This document shows, one piece after another, positions 46,305-57,600 of a stretch of 64,000 nucleotides of DNA. Both the position numbers and the translations under genes were made by a program. Under the pieces are notes generated by a model that saw only the letters and a list, made by a program, of their open reading frames with translations, ran no database searches and was not told the origin of the DNA. This stretch comes from a virus. The stretch lies in IMG/VR virus record IMGVR_UViG_3300047408_000186, positions 7,872 to 71,871 of that record; one strand, given 5' to 3'. Within the stretch, counting starts at the first letter, position 1; every line of letters starts with the position of its first letter.

Positions 46305-46655
46305 GTGATGGCTCTCAGGCGCACGCCATGGAACGACGTGCGGGTGAAGCAATTGCGTCAGTTGCTCACCGCCGGGCTGCACGATCGGGCAATCGCCGAT
46401 CGCATGGGCTTTGAATATTCGGCAGTGATGAAGAAGCGTCAGCGGCTCGGGTGGGAGGCGAATCCCTCGCCATCAGTGCCGGGCCGGCGCAGTCTCACGG
46501 ACGCGCGGGCGGAGAACGCCCAGCCATGGGACCCGCCGCCAGGGATGACCAAAGTGCGCTGCACGCGCTGCCGGTTCTGGTTTGCCGCGCCGAGCGACAG
46601 GCGCGTTAAGCACTGCCCCGATTGTCAGGCGGCGCCCCCTCGTCCGGAGGGGTAG
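46305..46655 (+). CDS. GcrA-like HTH + Zn-ribbon protein (counter-oriented)
   Basis: PWNDVRVKQLRQL..AG..IA.RMG..SAVMKKRQRLG; CTRC..CPDC. Confidence 0.65.
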   Translation: MMALRRTPWNDVRVKQLRQLLTAGLHDRAIADRMGFEYSAVMKKRQRLGWEANPSPSVPGRRSLTDARAENAQPWDPPPGMTKVRCTRCRFWFAAPSDRRVKHCPDCQAAPPRPEG

Positions 46656-46884
46656 GCGGCCTACTCGCCGCCAGCAGCAGCGCCAGCACGACCGCCAGGG
46701 CTTCCGCCCATATCTCGCGCGCCTGCGAGGTGAACCCTGAACAGGCGCCGATCTCGGCGCGACCGCTCAGGAAGAAATAGAAACAAAAGAAGCCGCCGAC
46801 GGCGGTGATGACGATCTGCGTGCCGAGAATGAAGGCAAGCAGAATGAAACACGCCCGCAGCACATCGAATTGCTGCGGGCGCAT
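46606..46884 (-). CDS. Small membrane protein
   Basis: Two hydrophobic segments. Confidence 0.55.
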   Translation of the reverse strand: MRPQQFDVLRACFILLAFILGTQIVITAVGGFFCFYFFLSGRAEIGACSGFTSQAREIWAEALAVVLALLLAASRPPTPPDEGAPPDNRGSA

Positions 46885-46896
46885 TTTCTGTGGGCG

Positions 46897-47577
46897 TTAT
46901 CGCCCGCGCGGCTCTGGCGTCGGAGCGATCGGGGCGCTCACAGTCGGCGGCGCGCCAGCCGGTGGCACCGGCTGCCCGCTGACATGCCCTGGCGGGTTCG
47001 GGATCGGCTGCCCGCTGACGTGCCCTGGCGGCCCACCCGGCAGCGGGTAGCCGACGCTCAGCGACGGGTCTACCGCCACGTAGCGCCAGCCGACGCCGGG
47101 AATGCCAGCGACAATCCAGAAGGTCGTGCTAGGCGGCTTGGTGCTGGCATCAGGCGGCACGGGTCCGCCACCCGGATGACCCGGCTGCGGCGGCAGGCCG
47201 GCGTCAGGCCGGCCAGGGGAAGGCGGCAGGCCAGCGTCAGGCCGGCCCGGTGAAGGCGGCAACCCGGCGTCCGGCCGGCCAGGGGAAGGCGGCAGCGCAT
47301 TGCCAGGGCGGTCAGGGCGGCCGATCGGCGGCCAGATCGTCCCAGGCGGCACCGGCGTGCCAGCGATCGGCGGCGCCGGCTGGATAGGTGCCCAGCCGGT
47401 CAGCGGCGGCCATACGCCCGGCGGCGGCTCAGGCAGGGTCGAGCCGATGGGCGGAAAGCCCGGCGGCAAGCTGTTGTCGGGACGACCGGCGCCAATGCCG
47501 CCGCCATAGCCGGGGTCCACCGGGCCACCCATGCCCTCGACCTCCAATACGCCACCGGTGATCTGAACTCTTGCCAT
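46897..47577 (-). CDS. Pro/Gly-rich repeat protein (GRPDAGLPPSP repeats)
   Basis: AAAGGAG RBS; 33-bp tandem repeats around 47190-47310. Confidence 0.75.
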   Translation of the reverse strand: MARVQITGGVLEVEGMGGPVDPGYGGGIGAGRPDNSLPPGFPPIGSTLPEPPPGVWPPLTGWAPIQPAPPIAGTPVPPGTIWPPIGRPDRPGNALPPSPGRPDAGLPPSPGRPDAGLPPSPGRPDAGLPPQPGHPGGGPVPPDASTKPPSTTFWIVAGIPGVGWRYVAVDPSLSVGYPLPGGPPGHVSGQPIPNPPGHVSGQPVPPAGAPPTVSAPIAPTPEPRGR

Positions 47578-47649
47578 GAAGTCTCCTTTGCTCTCTTGAA
47601 CGAATGCGATGGCCTATACGCCCATCGCTGCGCTGCGTCGCGTGACCGT

Positions 47650-49521
47650 TCACTGATTGACGTTGACGATCACGTCCGCCTTGTGGATAGCGCCGGCCAG
47701 CTTGACCGCACACTGTATGGTCGGCGCGATACGCTGCTCACGGATCGACTGCGGCTGCGTCTCGATCCTCGGCGCCCAGACGTAGTATCCGGTCGGCAGC
47801 ATCTGGCCGTAGGACAATTGCCCGAAGCCCGGCGCGTTCCACTGCCCCGCCGCGATCAGCCCGTTGGTCACGCCCTGATCGAGCGCATTGGTCGTGACCG
47901 TGGTCAGGATGTGCATCCCCGCATTGGTCTGCGGGATTTTCGACGGCGCGGTGTAAAGCGCGTTGAAGATGTCGGTCTGAATGCGATTGGCCAGCCAGTC
48001 CGTGCCATGCGTCACATCAAACCACATGCTCGACGCCATCACGCCTTCCTGCAAGATCGCCACGTCGTTGGAGTAGAAGACGAACACATTGCAGTTCTTC
48101 GCCTGAAGCGCGCGCGCTTGGTTTTCGCTCAGCGTCTCGCCGACCACCAGAGGCTCTTGCTTGAAATTCAGCGTGATCACCGTATCCGACGCCTCGAAAT
48201 CCACGGTGAACGCGCGACCGAACGCCGACGCCGATGCGTAGGGCGAGTATGAGGAATACTGCCCGAAGGTGCGACGCAGGTTAAGCGACTTCATCTCCGA
48301 CGCGATGTCGGTCGTCACCGTCGGGTCGAGCACTTCGCTGTTCTGCGTCGTGTAACCGAAGATGCTGATCGGATCGCACGCCTCGATGAAGCTCGCCACC
48401 GCGACGTAATCATCCTGCGTGATGTCCGACTGCAAGGCGAACTGAAGACCATACCATTCGGGATGCGCGCGCAGCGCCACCGCCGCCGCCAGCGGCGTCT
48501 CCGCCGCCATGCCATCGACCGGCGCCGCCGCACCGGTCGCCTGCGTCAGCCGCATGATGCCGGAGATATCCACCCCGGTGCCGGCCGCGTGCGCGTAGCC
48601 GACCGTCGAGGCCGGCCCCTGCGAGAGCGACGCGATGTGGAATCGCGCGCCGTCGAACCAGCAGGCGCCGCCGACCAGCGCGTTGTTCAGGATCGTCGCC
48701 GCGCCATTGAGATTGGTGACCCCGGTAAAGTCCATGCCGGTCTTGCCGTCCATCGGTGCCAATGCGCCGGTCGCTGCGGTCAGGCGAAGCTCGCCGCTCA
48801 GATCGGTGCCGGCGGCTGGCGGCACGGCATAGGTGATGGTCGAGGCGGTGCCGGTGGTCGCCGAGCGGATTTGGAACGTCCCGCTGGTCTCGACATAGGC
48901 GCATGTGCCAGTGGTCACGATGGCGCTGGCGATCACCGCCGCCGCATCCTGCATGGCCTGCGCGTCATCGGCGGCGTCGATCCCGCTGAAGTCGAGCGCG
49001 CTGACCGGGACCACCGCGCCGTCGATGGTGATGTCGAAGCCGCCGTCGAGCGTGGCGCGCAGCAGCGTGGCCAGCGTCGTCTGATCCGTCGCGGTGAACG
49101 CACCGCCGATCAGCACGGCGGGCGAGGCCGAGACGACGCGATCGGTGCCGTCGATGGTGATGCCCATCGTGCCGTTGATGACCGCCTTCAGTTGCGCGAG
49201 CGCGGTGGCGCGCTGCAAGCCCGACATGATGCCGCCATGCAGCACGCCATGCGTCGGGTTCTGCGCGAAGCGACCGACATAGAGCAGCGACGGCTTGGGG
49301 TTCTGCGCGAAGAACAGGTCGGCGGCGAGGTATTCCGGCGCGGCGCTGCCGAAGTCCGCCGCCACCCCGTCGAGCGTGGTGTAGGCGCGGATGCGCTCCT
49401 GCGGGTCGATGACCGGCGACGATCCGGCCAGACACAGCGCGCCGAAGTTGCGCAGCGGCGTCGCAGCGGGAGACAGATTGACTTCGACCGACACGACATC
49501 GGACACGGACAAGCCGGGCAT
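47650..49521 (-). CDS. Tail sheath protein (DUF3383 family)
   Basis: VSDVVSV.V, RNFG, PEYLAA..FF.Q.PKP, ITLNFKQEP, AGAIH..V.VN. Confidence 0.92.
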   Translation of the reverse strand: MPGLSVSDVVSVEVNLSPAATPLRNFGALCLAGSSPVIDPQERIRAYTTLDGVAADFGSAAPEYLAADLFFAQNPKPSLLYVGRFAQNPTHGVLHGGIMSGLQRATALAQLKAVINGTMGITIDGTDRVVSASPAVLIGGAFTATDQTTLATLLRATLDGGFDITIDGAVVPVSALDFSGIDAADDAQAMQDAAAVIASAIVTTGTCAYVETSGTFQIRSATTGTASTITYAVPPAAGTDLSGELRLTAATGALAPMDGKTGMDFTGVTNLNGAATILNNALVGGACWFDGARFHIASLSQGPASTVGYAHAAGTGVDISGIMRLTQATGAAAPVDGMAAETPLAAAVALRAHPEWYGLQFALQSDITQDDYVAVASFIEACDPISIFGYTTQNSEVLDPTVTTDIASEMKSLNLRRTFGQYSSYSPYASASAFGRAFTVDFEASDTVITLNFKQEPLVVGETLSENQARALQAKNCNVFVFYSNDVAILQEGVMASSMWFDVTHGTDWLANRIQTDIFNALYTAPSKIPQTNAGMHILTTVTTNALDQGVTNGLIAAGQWNAPGFGQLSYGQMLPTGYYVWAPRIETQPQSIREQRIAPTIQCAVKLAGAIHKADVIVNVNQ

Positions 49522-49551
49522 GATTGTGGACTCCTGTGGTGAGGGTCGAAC

Positions 49552-50181
49552 CTAAAGGGGATTGATCACCGGGATCGGGCGCACGGTGATCGTGGTGTCG
49601 GGATCGGGTGGCCGATGCAGGATCACGTCGGCGCCGTCGAGGTTGTAGATCGGATACACCCGATCGGTCTGCTGGCGCAGCATGACCTGAACATCGAACC
49701 GGTCGATCCATTGCTGCGCGACGAACTCCGGCGCGCGCGCCAGATCGCGCACTTCGCGCAGCTTCAGCCCGAACGGCGCCAGCGGCTCCCAGTTCTGCGG
49801 CATGTAGAGGCCGTCGCGGAAGCTCGCCGCCAGGGTCTCCGCCGTGGGACCGTAAAAGGTTACCAGCGCGGTCAGGGTGGAGTGCCGCACCATGCGGTCG
49901 ATCCCCGGCGCGGTGGCGCCAGGGAAGGTCCCTGCGCCGTCATGGACAATGGATGGGTAATCGTCGGTCTCGACCTGCGTGACGCCCACCGAGGCCCATG
50001 TGACGTCCGCCTGCGGCTGCGACGGCGGCATGGGCTGCCAGCGCGGTCGCACCAGCGTGCCCGGCAGCCCGGTGAGCGCCATCACGGTCTTCTGCAAGGC
50101 GCGGGTGATCTGCTCGCCGGTGATCGGCAGTGGCGGCCGATCGACAATGAAGCCGCCGGTCGCCGAGGTGTTGCCGCTCAC
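49552..50181 (-). CDS. Neck / tail terminator protein
   Basis: NTSATGG..TGLPG.LVRPRWQP.PP..FYGP..QN..W..R.D. Confidence 0.8.
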   Translation of the reverse strand: MSGNTSATGGFIVDRPPLPITGEQITRALQKTVMALTGLPGTLVRPRWQPMPPSQPQADVTWASVGVTQVETDDYPSIVHDGAGTFPGATAPGIDRMVRHSTLTALVTFYGPTAETLAASFRDGLYMPQNWEPLAPFGLKLREVRDLARAPEFVAQQWIDRFDVQVMLRQQTDRVYPIYNLDGADVILHRPPDPDTTITVRPIPVINPL

Positions 50182-50348
50182 CAGATGCGCCCGCCGCCGA
50201 ACAGCAGGATCAGCACCAAGACGATTACGATCAGGCCGAGACCGCCGAAGCCGCCGGTGCCGTAGTAGCCGCCCCGGTAGCCATAGTATCCACCGCCCAG
50301 GCCGCCGAACAGCAGCACGATGACGATGATGATCAGAAGCAGGCTCAT
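50178..50348 (-). CDS. DUF3309-like small membrane protein
   Basis: MSLLLIIIVIVLLFGGLGGGYYGYRGGYYGTGGFGGLGLIVIVLVLILLFGGGRIW. Confidence 0.7.
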   Translation of the reverse strand: MSLLLIIIVIVLLFGGLGGGYYGYRGGYYGTGGFGGLGLIVIVLVLILLFGGGRIW

Positions 50349-50349
50349 G

Positions 50350-50571
50350 TTACCCTCGATTCGATCCAGACCTTATCCAGAAGATCATCTCGTCCAGCTT
50401 CGGCAGCGCCATCATGCGCGCGTGGCTCGTCAGATTGGCGCCCTCGATGAAGCGCTTGCACTGCTCACGCAACTGCGTGATCGGGTCATCGAGATCGACC
50501 GCCGCGCGCACGCGGCCGGCTATGCTGGCCTGCGCATCGACGCTGATCTCGGTCGGCAGGTTGTCGCTCAT
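50350..50571 (-). CDS. Small helical protein, possible Acb2/Tad1-like hairpin
   Basis: GGAGG RBS; ARMMALPKLDEMIFW resembles the Acb2/Tad1 C-terminal motif. Confidence 0.55.
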   Translation of the reverse strand: MSDNLPTEISVDAQASIAGRVRAAVDLDDPITQLREQCKRFIEGANLTSHARMMALPKLDEMIFWIRSGSNRG

Positions 50572-50987
50572 AGATGTTCCTCCGTCGCGGGGTCCGAAAA
50601 GCTCGGGACGCTGGTGTGTGGCACCGTCGGCTTCAACGTCATAGTCCCCTCGTAATGACCTGACGTGCCGGCCCAATTGCCGAAGCGGCCAATGGTGGTG
50701 ACGGTGAATCGGTGGCCGTCCCACAGCACTTCATCGGCCGCCGTGCTGTCCGTCGCGGTCAGCAGCGGGAACACGGTGATAATCTCGTAGGTTGCCTCGG
50801 TGCGCGCCAGATCGCCGGTCACCGTCAGGTTGTCCGATATCGACTGGATCGACGCGAAGATGTTGAACGACGTCTCATAGATCACCGCGACGCCATCATC
50901 GTCCACCGACTGGACCTGTCGCTTCACCACCACGGGGTCGAGGAAGTCCGGATCGGTGACCACCTCGCGGACACTGATCAGCGCCAT
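50568..50987 (-). CDS. Head-tail adaptor / head closure protein
   Basis: VVTDPDFLD.V.V.R..ADEVLWDG..F.V. Confidence 0.75.
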   Translation of the reverse strand: MALISVREVVTDPDFLDPVVVKRQVQSVDDDGVAVIYETSFNIFASIQSISDNLTVTGDLARTEATYEIITVFPLLTATDSTAADEVLWDGHRFTVTTIGRFGNWAGTSGHYEGTMTLKPTVPHTSVPSFSDPATEEHL

Positions 50988-50996
50988 GCGGCCCTC

Positions 50997-51086
50997 CTAC
51001 AGATCGTCGATGTCGAAGTAGGCGCGCGTCGTGCTGACCAAGCCGATCACCACCAAGAACGCCAGAATGACCAGCACGGCGATCAT
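50997..51086 (-). CDS. 29-aa membrane peptide
   Basis: MIAVLVILAFLVVIGLVSTTRAYFDIDDL fills the gap exactly. Confidence 0.4.
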   Translation of the reverse strand: MIAVLVILAFLVVIGLVSTTRAYFDIDDL

Positions 51087-51671
51087 TCAGCTTTTCCGCA
51101 CGACGTAGGTGATGGCGGCGCGCAATTGCGCGGTGTCGATCAGCGGATGGACATTGAGGCTGCCGGCGGCGTCGGTCTCGGCGGCCCACTGTGTCAGCGA
51201 CTTCCCCTGGCCCTTGATCTGCTTCAGCTTGCGCCGCCCGGCCGCCGTGCGCCGCAGTCGCGCGCGGATCGTCGCGGGCTTCAGTGGCGTGAATGGCGGA
51301 TTTGGGTCAGTGATCTCCTTGACCACCGAATTGCGCGCGATGATGCCCACGCGGTGCATCGACATATCGACGTTGAAGCCCTCGCCGGTCAGCGCTGCCT
51401 GTGAGGCTTTGTGCATTTCCTCGATGATCGGCCCACGCACTCGCTTGAGGCCGGGATACAGAAACGGCCGGGCCGGAATGTTGTGCGCGGGGCTGCCGAA
51501 TTCGTGGATATAGGCCAGCGCGGCATTGCCGATAGGGCTGTCGCGCCGCGTGTTCTTCTCCTTGGGAATCCCCACCAGCACGTCGGTGTGCGTCAGTTCC
51601 TCGACGCGCCCGGATATCTCGGTGACGTTGTCGATGATCTTCTTGACGCCGCCGAAATCGGGCACAGCCAT
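51087..51671 (-). CDS. Neck / virion morphogenesis protein
   Basis: VLVGIP..NA.LAYIHEFGSP..NIPARPFL..PLIDT.QL..AITYVVR. Confidence 0.85.
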   Translation of the reverse strand: MAVPDFGGVKKIIDNVTEISGRVEELTHTDVLVGIPKEKNTRRDSPIGNAALAYIHEFGSPAHNIPARPFLYPGLKRVRGPIIEEMHKASQAALTGEGFNVDMSMHRVGIIARNSVVKEITDPNPPFTPLKPATIRARLRRTAAGRRKLKQIKGQGKSLTQWAAETDAAGSLNVHPLIDTAQLRAAITYVVRKS

Positions 51672-54600
51672 CAGTGCAGCGTCCTTGTTTCCAGCGCCGC
51701 GACGCGCGCGGACAGCGCCTCGTTCATCGCCACCAATTCCTTGACGGCGTTGACCAGCGCGAGCGGCAGCGCGGTCATATCGAGCGTGCGCAGATCGTTC
51801 ACCGCGACGCCATCAACGTCGGCGTCGATCGCGCCGACCATCTCCGGCATCTCGATCTCGGCTTCCTGCGCCACCAGACCGACGAACGTGGTGTCCATCT
51901 CGACCGACATGGCGTGCGGACCAATCTTGGCTTCCGCCTCGTCGCCGCTGCGCCGCCAGTTGTCCTTGTGCTTGTAGCGCACCGGGCGCAGCGCGCAGAT
52001 CGCCGCGAGGCCGCGATCGTAGTCGCCGAGCACGGTCTTGGTGCGGATATCCGACACGGTGGCCCATGGGCCGCCGCCCGGTTTGTAAGCCATGGCCGGC
52101 ACGTTGAAGCCGCCATTGTCGCCCCAGCAGAAATTATACCCGCTGGCCCAGACTTGGAGTTGGATGGTGCCACCATGGAACACGAGGCTGCTGGCGGTCA
52201 GGAAACCGTGCGCGACGCTGACCTCGCCGGCGCCGGTCATGGAACCGAAATTCAGTCTGCCGGCGTCGTAGCACCAGATGCCGGCAGCGTATCCGGCGCC
52301 CTGATTCCACACGGTGACCGATGCGTTGTTGTTCACGCCATAGGTGATGATGCGCGCGCCCTGCACGGTCAGGGCGTTGCGCACCACGGCATTGCCGGTC
52401 GCTTCGATCGTGAGGTTTACCGTGCCGCCCTCGACGAACCGCCACGCGCCATCGTTGATGTTGCGCGCGAGGTAATAATTGGTGTTGTTGGCGACATAGA
52501 ACACGCCGCTGTCGCACATGAAGGCGCCGGTCGAGTGGATGTAGCCACTGGTCATCGAGACCGGAACGTAGGCGTTGCCGCTGCCGTCGATTGTGAGCAG
52601 CGCCACGCCGTCGCTGCCGCGCACCCACTCCATCGCGCCGGTCGCGCGCGTGTAGCGCCATTGCCAGTTGGAGGCGTCTTGCAGCAGGATCGTGTAGTCA
52701 GCGGTCGAGTAGAAATAGCCGCCGGACAGCGACAGGCGATACGCGTTGCCGCACCAGAAATCGTAACCGGTCACGTTGCCGCCGATGGTCAGGTCGAAGG
52801 GAACAGTGACCAGTCCGGTGCCGCCGATCTTCAGATAGCTCGTGTTCTCCCAATTGAACCAGTTCAGTTCGCCTGTCGTGACATTGAAGTGCAGCGCCCA
52901 CGCGTTGCTAGGCTCGAAATAGATCATGCTGAAGCCGTCGAGGCCGTAGAGGCCGATCCGCCCGCTGGTGCCCCAGCCGGCATAACTCGCCTGCGTGGCG
53001 GTGATGTCGCTGGTGCAGGCGATCGGCCCGACGGTGAGCGCGTGGGGCGTCATGTTCAGCGGCCCGGTCAGCGTGCCGCCGGAGAGTGGCAGGTAAGCCC
53101 CGGTGCCGCCGGTGATCGCCGCATCGACGTATTGCTTGGTCACCGCGTGCAGCGCAGCCGTCGGGTTCGCGTGCAGGGTGAGGAAGCCGGTCAGCGCACC
53201 GCCGGCCAATGGCAGGTAATTCGCCACCGGCACGCTCGCGACCCTGCTATCGACATACTGCTTGGTGGCGGCGTGCAGCGCGGCAGTTGGATCAGCCGAG
53301 AGGGTGATCGCCTTGCTGGCATCCATGGTGAGGCCAGAGGCGTTGAAGTAAGCCGCCCGCGTGGCGCCCGCCGGATAGAGCGCGATGGTTCCACCGGAAA
53401 CCACATTCATCGTCGAGGTGGTGATCGAGAAACCATACGACGACGAATAGAGCCGCAGATGCTTCGACAGATCGATCGCCGAAGCGGCAACCGCATTCGC
53501 GAAGCCGAGGCCGCCCGTGTTGATCAGGCTCCCGGCGGTGTCGAACGTCGCGATGATTGTGGGCAGCGTGGTGGCGTCGGTGATCGCCGGCATCTTCGCG
53601 ATGACCAGCTTGCCAGCGCCGCTATTCGCCAGTGCGATCGGGTTCGCGCCCGCGCTGTCGAATATGCCGATCGCGGTGTTGCTGCCCTGACCGTAGACCA
53701 GCAGCCCTTTGCCGTAATTATGCCCACTCCAACCCGTCGCGCCACGATTGATGACCAGCCCTTGCGTGCTGATCGTCACGTAGTCGGTGGTGCCGGTCAG
53801 GAACACATGGCTGCCGCCGGCGGTCACGTTGTAGTTCAGCCGATTGCTGGTAATGCCGAAGCCGAAGCCGTTGGCGTGCAGCGAGATGTGCTTGGTGATG
53901 TCGGAGTTGCTGGCGCCCAGCCGCGAGCCGAACGCCAGCCCGCCGGTCATGGTGCCGCCGGCGAGCGGCAGATAGGTCGCCGACGCGGTGGTCGAGTTCA
54001 GCTTGTTGGTGTCGAGCCATTGCAGCCCGGTCTGCACATTGGCGCCGAGCGAGCCGATGGCGGGCGTGATGGCGACCTGCGAGGCGATGATGTTCGCCTG
54101 CCCGAGCGGAAGCTGAATCCACCCCACGCCGTCGCAGGCGATCCAGTCGGCGAGCGCGTAAGTTCCCGCCGGGATGTTGCCCGCCTTTGCCACGCCGGGC
54201 TGCGTGACGATGACGTAGAAGCCCTTCAGGGTCTCGCTAGGCGCGGGCAGCGGGCCGCCATCGGTCAGGCCGGAGGCGATGGTGTAGTGCCCGACATCGG
54301 TCACCACATTGAGGCCGCCGGCAAAGAACATATCCTCCGAGAGCACGTCGATCTCGCGCTGCAACAGCGCGTCAGCAGAGTCCACATAGCGCTTCGGCAC
54401 CGCATGCAGATCGGCCGTCGGATCGTTCAGCAGGGTGACGGTGCCCGCCGTGTCGGTGACGACGCCGTTGATCCACACATTGCCGGTCGAGAGTATCTTG
54501 AACTGCGCCGGCCCGGCGCGGCCGATCAGCGCGAGATCGGCCTGCCCACCCGCGTAACCCTGGATCAGCAGCCCCCAGTTCGCGTCGCTGTGTATCTGCC

Positions 54601-57600
54601 CCGTGTTGGTCGTGGTGGACTGGAAGTTCAGATACCGCGCCGCCGTGATGGTCAGATCGCCGGTCAGCGTGCCGCCGGAGAGCGGCAGGAAGGCTCCGCC
54701 CGCCGCGACCTGCGCATCGACATACTGCTTGGTGGCGGCGTGAAGGTTCCCCGTGGGATCAGCCTTCAGCGTCAGCGCGCCAGTGTTCAGCGTCATGCCG
54801 GCAGCGCCGAACGTCGCGATGTCGGTCGGCCCGGACATGATCACGACGCTGCCGGTGCCGGCGACCAAGTTCAGCCGGTTCGACGTGACCGAGGCGCCGA
54901 AATTGTTGCCCCACAGCATCAGGTGCCGGGTCAGGTTATTCGGCGCGGCGGCGACCACGCTGCCGAAGCCGAGGCCGCCGGTCATCGTGTCGCCGGCTTT
55001 GTTCACCTTGTTGGTGTTGAGCCATGTCAGGCCCGACTGGACATCCGGCCCGAGGCTGCCAATCGCCGGGCTGATCGCGACGTTCGACGCGATGGCGTCA
55101 GCCTGCCCGAGCGGCAGGCGTATCCACTGCACGCCGTCGCAGGCGATCCAGTCCGCCAGCGCGTAGGTCGCCTGCGGCATCTGGCTGGCGGCGGGCGGCA
55201 CGCCGCCTTGCGTGACGATGACGTAGTAGCCCTTCAGCGGCTCGCTTGGTGCCGGCAGGGATTCACCGTCCGGTATCCCCGAGGCGATGGTGAAGTGCCC
55301 GACGTCGGTCGGCACGGCGATGCCGCCGGCGAAGAACATATCGCTCGACAGCACGTCGATCTCGGCTTGCATCGCCGCGTCGGCCGCATCGACATAGCGC
55401 TTGGTCGCCGCGTGCGCGACCGCCGTGGGGTCGGCATTCAGCGTCAGGAAGCCGGTCATGGTGCCGCCAGCGAGCGGCAGGAAGGCTTCGGTGCCGCCGG
55501 CCGCCACTTGGTCCACATAGGCTTTGGTCGCCGCGTGCAGCGCTGCGGTGGGCGGCGCGTGCAGGGTCAGGAAGCCGGTCAATGTGCCGCCGGCGAGCGG
55601 CAGATAGGCGCCGCCGCCGCCAAGCTCGCGGGCATCGACGTATTGCTTCGTCGCAATGCCGAGCGGCACCTTGGGATCGCCCGCGATGGTGGCGAGACCA
55701 TCCACGCGGGAGAAGCTGATCACCGTGCCGAGGTTCACCCCGGTGTCGCTGAAGCGGGTGAGGTTCCACGCCGCGCCGGCGTCGCCGCCGGTCTCGTTGC
55801 CGTAGATGTCCTGCGTCCAGCGCGGGATGTTGTTGGTGTTCCACTGATGCCGGCGGTAGAAGCCCGGCCCGGCATTCTGCGTGATGCCGCCCTGGTTGAC
55901 GTTGTCCTGGCCGAGCGCCAGCCCGGTCCAGCCGGTCATATTGCCGCGCGCCAGGATCGAGTTGCCGGTGTAGATGTCGAGGCCGTAGCCGGTGCCGGGC
56001 GGCGTGTTGACGCGAAGCTGGCCGGTCAGCGTGCCGCCGGTCAGGTCCAGCTTGTTGCGATTGAGCCAGTCGAGGCCGGTCTGCACATTGGCGCCGAGGC
56101 TGCCAATCGCCGGAGTGATGGCGACCTGTGACGCGATGACGTTGGCTTGCCCGAGCGGCAGCCTGATCCACTGGATACCATCGCAGGCGATCCAGTCGGC
56201 GAGCGCGTAGACGGCCGACGGGATGTTGCCCGCCTTCGACTGCCCACCTTGGGTGACGATGACGTAGAAGCCCTTCAGCGCCGTCGCGGGCGCCGGCAGC
56301 GCGGTGCCATCCACCAGCCCCGACGCGATGGTGTAATTACCGACGTCGGTGACGACGTTCAGGCCGCCGCAGAAGAACATATCCTCTGCCAGCACGTCGA
56401 TCTGCGTTTGCAGCGCCGCGTCGCCGGCATCGACATATTGCTTGGGCGCCGCGTGCAGGTTCGCCGTCGGATTGGCGAGCAGCGTGACCGCGCCGACCTT
56501 CAGGGTCATGCCGGTGTTGGCGAACTGCGCGAATTCCTGCGTGCCGCCCAGCAGGTAGATCGAGTTGGTAGGACCGCCGGTGAGGATGTTCACCCGCCCG
56601 CTGGTGATGCTTATCCCAAAGGTCGTGCCAAACAGCGCGATGTGCTTGGACAAGTCCTGCGGCGTGGCGCTGGTGGCGCTCCCGAAGGACGCGCCGTTGT
56701 TGATCGAGACCAGTCCGGTCTTGCGGGTGATCGTCAGCGGTATGCTGAGCAGCACATTGCCGGCGTCGGCATAGCGCAGGATTTGGAAATCGGACCCGAC
56801 ATCCGCGCCGGTCTCGGCGCCGGAATTGGCGCCCATGCCCCAGCGCAGTCGCGTGTCGGTCTGCCAGTAGATACGCCGGTTCGATCCGGTGGCGCCGATA
56901 TGGTAGATCGACTTGTTGACCTCGGTGACGTTGCCGACGGTGACGCCGCCGCCAGAGACGGTGAACACGTCGCCGCCGCCGATCAGCAGGACGTGGCTCG
57001 CGCCGGCCGGAGCGTTGTGATTGATCCGCGCCGGCCCGCTGGTCATGTTGATGCCGTAGGTGCCGGCATAGAAATCGATGTGGCGCGCCAGATTGGTGAC
57101 GCTGACCGCGAAGCCGCCGGTCGTGGCGATGCCATTGTTGAAGCGGGCTTGGCCGGTGGAGCGGCTGAACTGCACCAGCGCGCCGAGCGCCACCCCGGCA
57201 TCATCGAAACGATAGAGCGTCAGGTCGGTGCCGGCGTTCGCGCCCGCCTCCGCGACGCCGTTGGGTCCGAACGACCAGCGGGTAGAGCCGCCGGAATACC
57301 AGTAGATGCGACGCGCCGCCGTGGCGGTGCCGTCGATGGAAATACTGCCGCCGGTGGTGCCCGGCATGCCGAGGAAAAGCCCACCCTGGATGCGCGCGTT
57401 ATAGAGCACATTGAGGCCGCCACCGGTTTGGGCGTTGAAGTAGGTCGTGCCGGTGACAGTGCCGCCGGTCAGCGGCAGGTAGTTTCCGAGGCTGGTGTTC
57501 ACCCCGGAGATGGCGGTGGCGATCTGGTCATCGACATATTGCTTCGGCGTCGCGTGCATCACCGCCGTCGGATTGGCGTGCAGCGAGAGGAAGTCGGTGA

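Noticed and set aside
51674-56131. 1485-aa plus-strand ORF, and other long antisense ORFs opposite real genes
   Set aside because: Stop-free shadow frames caused by high-GC codon bias; Arg/Ala/Val-rich with no motifs.
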